From positions 22,996,950-23,060,949 of the forward strand of contig NC_134029.1 of NCBI RefSeq assembly GCF_964204645.1: 64,000 bases of DNA, written 5' to 3'. A model generated the notes under the pieces. That model made no database searches. It was given only the letters and a program-made list of their open reading frames with translations, and was not told the DNA's origin. Shown in pieces: positions 55,784-64,000 of the stretch (position 1 is the stretch's first letter; every line of letters starts with the position of its first letter). Source of the DNA: Tubulanus polymorphus. Taxonomy: Eukaryota > Animalia > Nemertea. The position numbers and the translations under genes are program-made.

Positions 55784-57814
55784 CAGCATTCGACTTAATG
55801 TGTAACGTTGCTTAGAAGATCAAATGAAACTTTGCGCCCTGTCAATCACCTCTTATTTGTGACTCGTGATGTTTTGTGTGTCTCTTCAATGACGTTGCTG
55901 AAAAATGTCCACGAAATCAAATAAATTTGTATTTACAAATCTATGTACGGTATTCAAAAATGTGTGTATAGGTAAATAATGCTGCATAGTCTACAAAATC
56001 ATTTGAATTAAATTGAAATAGAAAATTCAAATTGATTCCTAGATATAAAAAAAACACTTAAAAGTTTGAAATAATATTCATCTTTTACTTGTCAGTTTTG
56101 CTTTTGATTATTTCAAAAATCGAGTAATGTTGCTTCATTGTGGTTTTTGGTTAGCGTTTGATTTATTGATCAAGCTGGATGTTACGTGTAGTTCATTGTT
56201 TTAGTTAAAGGCATTTAGAGGATCGAACTATTATTATTGTAAGATGAGTTAAACGTATCCAAGACAAATAATTGTTGATGGTTGAGTAGTATTTAACACT
56301 AGAAAATAAAAGCAAGATTTATTATAAATTTCCGACTTCTTAATGTCTATTTATGGTTTTTGTGTCGCATAAGAATGATCTGGATCACATTACATACACC
56401 AGGATTTTGATCGTGGACTCATAGTCGGTGGTTTAGTTGGCGGATCAGAGGATTTTCTGCGGATTGTGATGTTTTGAATTGCTCGGGTTTATCTGTTCGT
56501 TGAACTCGACGATTTATTTGTCTGATTTAAACCGAAATTTTGCTATCGTCATCTGAAGACGGTGTTGTTTGATTTTTGATCGCTGGGATCTTTTTATTGC
56601 CATATCAAATCTTATTCCAAAAATATACCATTAAAAGAATACAGTTAATACACTAGCAAATCGTCAAGCTGACATCTGTGTGGGATTTAGCCCTAGCGTT
56701 CTCAAATTTATTCCGATATCTTAAGCAGTTCTTTTTTTCAGAAAAAAGAACGTATTAATTGTCATTTCGTGTTAATTCTAATCTCAACTGACATCAGTGG
56801 CGTTGAGTAAAATCAAATACGTGTATTAGTCACTATCGAGAGGGAAGCTGTCAGTGTCAAAACAGCAGGGGGTGGGCGCGCATTTTCTAGAATTTGGTCG
56901 CCCTTAATTACTTCGCCAACAGGAGAGTGGAATCGTCCCAGGCTATAGATTGCTAATTGATTTATTTGACTATTTGCTTAAGAAACAACACTTCTAACCC
57001 GATTATCCTCGAGTAAGGTCTTTAAACTACTCCCAGTAGAAATAAGTTAATTACTGTTTGATATAGACTATCTAGGCCCTAAACTCACCCAGTCATCCAT
57101 TAAAGTTGAGTCGTATACAAATACTTGACCACTAACAGCTGGCCACCTGCTTCACTTAACATCAATAAAGACGACCTGACTGAATAGTTTGTCTATATTG
57201 CGATTCGTTAAATTAGAGTTGTGGCAAACTGACAAAAACAGTGGCAACATTATTTACAAAAGATATAATGCGCCCTTAAAAACGACCGAAATTGAAGATC
57301 TCCTGTTTTGTAGTCCTTGGTAATAAAATCCAAGGTTGAGACAAACAAAAACTTATCATTCAAGTTAATTTAGTGAATCAAATAAACTATGCTGGGCTCA
57401 CATTTATTAAAATTTACGAGATATTTGGGCCCCTATAATAGGATTTTAAATCAGTGAGAATTTTCAGAATCCGGAGACTCGATGACATGTCATTTGATAT
57501 ATTCAATCTCAGCTGTTTTTCCAAAATTTTAGTAATAATTCGAATCTTTTTATTTAAATTCATTAATTAGTAAGACTTTATACAGTTTTGATGACAATTC
57601 AGATTTCAGTTCAACTATCTGTGGGTCTCGAACCTGGTCGGAGTACTGATCAGTATTCGAGTATTCGACAAGTGACAAAACGTGTCCTGTTTCGGTAATA
57701 GTTCCATTTTTATGAATTGCGATTATAATGATTTGATGATAAATCACTTATTTTTCAGTTTTGATTATTAGAACAATGTTCGATTAATTTCCAACTAGTT
57801 TACCAGCTGATCGA

Positions 57815-57890
57815 TCACGTGCGAAGATGCTAGCCTGTGATTGGCCCGTTTAACGGCTCGCGGGGAATTTAACGTTCTCTCATTCAGTTA
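57815..57890 (+). promoter_or_regulatory. Cyclin A core promoter with G2/M-type elements
   Basis: E-box cacgtg, inverted CCAAT (gattgg 57839), ccgtttaacgg (Myb-type AACGG palindrome), TCGCGGG (CDE-like) followed by tttaac (CHR-like), and Inr-like tcagtt. Confidence 0.6.
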
Positions 57891-58024
57891 ATGCTTTCAT
57901 TGTAAACTAGGCAGCTGCACCAAGCACAACGACGCACACTATCTCTCGCATTTCAACTGCCTAAATACGTTTTAAGAACTTATTCTCGTGAATTATATCG
58001 CTCGCAACGGTGCAAACTAACGCT

Positions 58025-61000
58025 ATGTCGGTTTTTCAACCACAAACGAACGTTTTAAACGAAGAAAATCGTCACGGACTTCGTCAAAGAACGACGAAAC
58101 GGGACGAGTCTCAACAACAAAATGGACAGAAAAGAGCCGCTTTAGGAACGATTACGAACCAAGTACGCCGTCAACCACACAGAGCTGTTAAACAGGTAAT
58201 ATTTTACATGGATATCTCGTATTCTTCGTATAGATGTGGGTTGGGAATTTTTAGATAAAACCGCTGAGAATTTAAGTTTCTCCCGGTCAGTGTTAATTTA
58301 GTGTTATTGCCGTTTTATTCTCTAAAAAGTCCTGTTATAATATCTTAAATGTTATAGGGACGGCTATTTTATTCAGATGTAAATTATCCTTTCATTTCAG
58401 CCCCTAAATGCCGGCATCGGTGGTATACAAGATGAAAACGCATTTGTGAAATCTGCTAAAAATACGAATGCGTTCGCGTTCCCGCAATCAGCTAGTCAAC
58501 CGTTCTCTATTCACGTGGATGAAGAGCAGAATCTACAACAAACGCATCAAACGTCGCAAATACCAGCAAACCGTGAACCCTTACAGCTTCATTCAGCCGT
58601 CACTAATCTACCCCGTCCAGCCTTATCAACTCTAGGTTTCCAACAAGTGTCAGAATCGCACGATGCATCGACGTCGGGTAATTATATAAACAGATTTCAA
58701 AAACGAGTATCGTAGGAGCCTAAATAAATAAGATTGATTGAAATTAATCTTTTTATTTGAATTTTGAATTGTAGATTCGCCGATGGTGCTCGATGATTCG
58801 GTTGTGATGATCGATATGGAGCCAATGGTTGATGTGGAAGAAGTGACGACCAGTAAATCTAACGATGAAATTGTGTATTGCGTGTCCGAATACGCAGATG
58901 ACATCTATTCGTATATGAGATCAGCTGAGGTATCAACTCGGAAGCTTTGAATTTTATATTTATGTGTCCAGGATACGTTCTTTAATAACCTCTTGTGTAA
59001 CATATCGGTCTAACTGTAGTTTAGGTACTTTTCCACTATGTGGCGCTAGTGTTATTTGAGAATACTGCTGGTAATTCCAATTAAATTTTAAAGTTTTGAA
59101 AGAATGCAAAATTCCAAAGACTACCGATTAATCCCTGGTCCAGATAAACATGGTTCCTACAGCCCCTCAAATCCCTCAAAAACCAATCAAATTCCAAAAT
59201 CCATTTTTGAGGGTACAAAATCCCTCAAATTCTGAGTTTACAACTTTCATTAATGTTGTATGCTGTTTTATTGAATGATCCATGAAAATTAGTCTCCCTT
59301 TTCTCTTAACAGTTGCGCAATAGATCGAAACCAGCCTACATGAAAAAACAGCCCGATATCACGAACAGTATGAGAAGTATCCTAGTCGATTGGTTAGCCG
59401 AGGTCGCTGAAGAATATAAACTGCATCGAGAAACATTACACCTGGCTGTAAACTACATCGACCGGTTTCTATCACAGATGTCGGTACTACGCGGAAAGTT
59501 GCAATTAGTCGGAGCTGCTAGTATGTTTTTAGCTGCGTAAGTATCATCGGTTGCACCTGCATGGTTCTTTAAAAGGGGAATTCTCGTTTAATTTTTTTTC
59601 TGTGAGGATATGTCAGTGTAATTTGAATTTGTCTCTCTTGGTGGTGATGGGTAGTTTCGTTGAAACTGTCCCCACTGAAGTTATCATAAAAGGTTAGTTA
59701 GGATTTTGGGGCACTGGGGATTTTGGAAAAATGAGGGAGTTCTGTATTCTCTGAGACCTGAGTTGTAACCCTGGCTCCTTCCTTGGAATCTCAAAGACCT
59801 AATTGTATCTTTGTTTTTTTTTTTATAGTAAATTTGAAGAGATCTATCCACCTGATGTCGGGGAGTTCGTTTACATCACCGATGACACGTATTCGAAGAA
59901 ACAAGTTTTGCGCATGGAACATTTAATTCTGAAAGTTCTGTCTTTCGAAGTCGCCGTACCAACTATACATTGCTTCACCGATTGGTTCTTGACTCAGCTT
60001 CACTCCGATGAAAAGACGCAATCGCTTGCTTCGGTGAGTTGTTTGAATTCTGCCAGGCATATGTTGCTCACATGAGAAGTCTAGGGATTTCCAGTGCAAA
60101 GTTGGTTGAACTTAACCAACTTTGATTGTCTGAGTACATCTGATAAAATTGTGTACAGGTTAAAACTGTTACTCTTGTAACTTAACTTTTTGTGTAACTG
60201 GCCTCGGGCTACTTCCTCGTATTAAGATCGTTAAAAATTTTGATGATTAATTCTCATCTTGATTTGTTTTCTTGAATTCAGTATTTGGGTGATTTAACGT
60301 TGGTCGACAGTGAGCCGTATTTGAAGTATCTTCCTAGCGTTATTTCTGCAGCTTCGGTTTGTCTCGCGAACTGGACTCTTCACAATACTCCATGGGTTCG
60401 TATTTTCACATATTTCTGTCTTTATTGTTTATTTCAGAAAGACGCAAATTATCCATTTTCTGAAGTGCATTATCCCACCCTATTATTCCTATCAATATTC
60501 AAAACAGCTGGTAGGAGTTTATTGCGTCAGTTTTTAAAAAGGATAAATTTTGTCGCAGAAAATGATACCCGAGTGACCAGTCCCCTCCCTCCAAATGGAA
60601 AACTTGACAATTTGTGTCTCTCGCAAATCTGCATTTTGCGCACTATTTGATAGTGTGAATTATAATAATAGACTTGTAATGACTATGAATTGATTTTTTC
60701 ATTTAAACAGGACTCTGAAATGCAACGCGTGACCGGGTATTCATTCGCCGATATTGAACCGTGTTTCCGAGACCTGCATAAAACCGCGTGCGCAGCACCT
60801 GATCATCCTCAACAGGCGTTATGCGAAAAGTACAAATCTTCCAAGTAAGTAAAACGGGATGGAAATCCTTGGGTTTTTGGCTCATTAGCCTTCGTTTCCG
60901 AACTTATACCATAGAAATAAATGGAATTTTACTTAGGTAATCAAGTTAGAAACATATTTTATTCAAAGTTTACATCGATAAATATTTAAAAAAAAATTTT

Positions 61001-61055
61001 CTTTAGGTATCACGAAGTGTCTTCTGTCACATTTCCCGACATTCCTCTACAATGA
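58025..61055 (+). CDS. CCNA2: Cyclin A
   Basis: Exons 58025-58195 (D-box RAALGTITN), 58401-58677, 58775-58929, 59313-59536 ([21 protein letters not shown]), 59829-60033 ([15 protein letters not shown]), 60282-60395, 60711-60844, 61007-61055. Confidence 0.96.
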
Positions 61056-64000
61056 GCCAAGTGATCGTTAGATAATTCAGGACTTTATAGAACTAGGCGC
61101 TCGCGGAACGCGTGTTCGATTGAATGGATTTTATAGCTATACATGGATCAACGATTACGATTTTCGTCAAGAGAGTTTCGATGTTAATCACTGTCACGAG
61201 AGCAGAGAACCATAAAAAAACAACTGCACGTATCATGCAGCAAATTAACGCACCGTGTTCTTCAGATTTTAAATTTGATTTTAAACTTATCTTTTTTAAG
61301 GGGAAAAAAACATTTATCTTACACAAATAATATTTACGAAAAGAATGTTCCATTTTGATTATAAGGGGTCTGGTTATTTCTTTTACTTGGAAACAGAAAA
61401 AACCATTTGTGTAATGGTTTGATATGAAATTAATATAATTTGCGAATCAGATTTTTAAAGACTTAGAATATATTAAGACAAGTAGATAATCTTGAATTCG
61501 ATAGATATTTTACCTAATATATATTTATAATATGCAAGTAGTAGAGGTCTAGATTTTGTATAGAGCGTCACCATTTTAAATGAGTCCTATGCGTAGGTAT
61601 TTTAAACACTGGATTTTTTTCAATCAAATCTAACACATTACCGGACCCCGCAATTTTTAAACCCTTTCGTAGTTAACGCTTGTAATCAGTGTGTTCAAAG
61701 AGTGCAATTATTATTATCATGATTACTGAACGTACCTATAGCACAAGCGATGAAATAAGACTTTACTTCCGCGAGAAATGAGAAAATGTGGTAAAAGTAG
61801 AACGTTTTTGTATAACAATGCGAAATGTGAGAGTGAATGCGATCTATTTAAATGTTTGTGTTTTTTAATGTAAATAGTTTTTGTCGAGAGTGGATATTTT
61901 TTGTTTTATATTTAATTTTTTAAGCGGTTTCCGACCACTGCGTCGAAACCGCTGTTTTGTGTACATATATTTTGTTGTATGCCTCCGTTTTACACCATGA
62001 ATACAACGACTATTCTTTGTTAAAGCACGTTGCTGTCGGTCAGTGCGCGCGTTGTTAAGAATCTTGTTTCGAGAAGTCTCAAAGTTTTGACTCATATTTT
62101 TGGTCGAACTGCTGCCGTACGGAGGTGTACGACGTGACCTGGCCGCATGACTTGGTAAAAACCGTTCTGAACGACGAAGAACATAAAGTCAACGGCGGGG
62201 AAATTTTCACGAATTCGTCGGTACGCGTCAGCTGGGCTCGCATTGTAAAAATCGTCCAAATTATCAAGGCGTGGCTCGTACCACATATTCGAAAAGATTT
62301 TCTAGTACATTAAAAATTATTTCGGGGGAGAGCGATTGTAATTTGCAATATGTTGTACGGCATAATATTCATAATGATTAAAACGTACGTTGTCATTTAG
62401 CCAGGTCATGTCAATGTAAATTATTAAATTAAGCACATATTATACGAAGCATTTAATGATTATACACACTTAGAAATAAGCAGGGAAAAATACATCGTTT
62501 GTGACGGATGTAACATTTTTCAGCCTTTTCAATATGTACATTACTCGTTGTGTGATGTTGTACTATATAGAATGTGCTTGGTCTCAGATGATTATTCTAT
62601 TACTCAAGACAAAAACAATAACTAAACAACTATATTTTGATTGCAATTTATTTTTTAAAAAGGCTGGAAAGTTTATCACGCGAAGAACTCAATTGGAACC
62701 TGTTAGTTGTTTTAATGGCATTAGTTATTTGAATTCATGTTTTAGCTGTGCGCTTTTATTTGGTCGGATGTCTTTTTTTAGCATGCCTGATATTTTAATT
62801 TGCAGTCATTATTATTGTAGTTTTTACCCTGTAGTCTTTCTGTCAGTAATAAAATGATTGATATCTATTATATTTAGAAGTTCTCATCTCTTTAATCTTT
62901 ATGCATTAAGTTTGCGGTGATGTCAGTTTTCTTTACTTCAGTATAGGTTTAGCTTGGCCTGATCTTCTTTATGCCTGGCTGTATAAACTAAAGTCCGTGC
63001 CTTTTCACCTCTTGCGAATAGCTCTATATTATCATGGACAAAGTAGTCCAGTTAATACATCCATGACATTATGAGGTCTTGCATAATTTCCCTTCCAGTT
63101 ATTGCTGGATAGATTTCAATGAACCCTGATGGTTTGCCTGGATAATCATTAGTTCACGACTAATTACGTTACAATTGATCTTAACAATTACCTAATAAAA
63201 CCTTTTAGTTGTGCTTAAATCATTGTAGGGTATGATGTCAGAATACCCACTGCTTTATAGGAAATCAATTTGAGACATCAAGTATCAATCCTCTTTTAGT
63301 GAATGTTTGTGTTGATTAATGTTGCTAAGGCGAATGCTTGCATCATGCAATCCAGGGCACCTCTTGATCCAATCATTTGGACTCTCCACGGGCATCTAGT
63401 TTGTAGCAAAGTGCTACTTTCAGAAAAAAGACCCTGATTTGTGCTTACTTTTCATAAAAATGTCGAAAAGTGCCGAATAGGTCTGAAATATTTTTGTCAT
63501 AGCATTCGTAATTGTGATGCTAAACGAATGACGGTGATTTGTGAAAAGGTTATTGTTATGGTTTGATAAATCATGAAGAGCAGTTACAAATTCATTCAAT
63601 CGTCGGGGCTATTCACAAAAAGGTGTTCTTTGCCGCACGAAAAGTGCTTACTTTTGCTCAAGCCTTTCTGCTACAAACCATGAAGAAATCGTTCCTGGTG
63701 TAACAACACATTTAACTTTTCTGGTGGCAATAACAGTTGTACATGAAACAATTAGTTAATGTCATTATACATATAACCAACAATGATTTCACCTTTGATA
63801 TTCACAAATTTCATATTATCATGTTTTTAAACTAATTGTAATGACAGACCACGAGATAGACATGATCCATTGTTTGATAACAATGTAGCTTTCAATAATC
63901 ATACATGCACTGTCTCTCATTTAACGGTTATCATTTTCTAAATATGGGCACTATAGCTATCTTAATGGTAGTGTCGGCTGTCAAAGAATCATTCATTTTG

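Noticed and set aside
61865-62313. Several short overlapping CpG-rich ORFs after cyclin A
   Set aside because: No recognisable domain or consistent splice sites; most likely cyclin A 3' UTR.

Overview
Gene-dense, intron-rich genomic DNA from a bilaterian invertebrate (AT-rich introns, many short MITEs; species not identifiable from the sequence alone). Seven protein-coding genes were reconstructed by hand from GT-AG junctions and reading phase. MAP2K1/MEK1 (minus strand, exons 1-5, running off the left edge) lies head-to-head with RPL17 (+). Next come a complete insulin/IGF-like receptor (+) and a convergent minus-strand membrane protein with five copies of an unrecognised ~150-aa domain, collagen, three EGF modules and a TM helix. 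An intronless MOCS1A (-) is head-to-head with HMG-CoA reductase (+), followed by cyclin A (+). The most striking signal is a candidate splicing-based ligand-binding switch in the insulin receptor. Two tandemly duplicated, obligatorily mutually exclusive exons (124 and 127 nt) encode the start of FnIII-1, the region carrying insulin-binding site 2/1b in human INSR, and each has a predicted hairpin over its splice donor. The same gene also has a candidate 12-nt in-frame microexon in L2.
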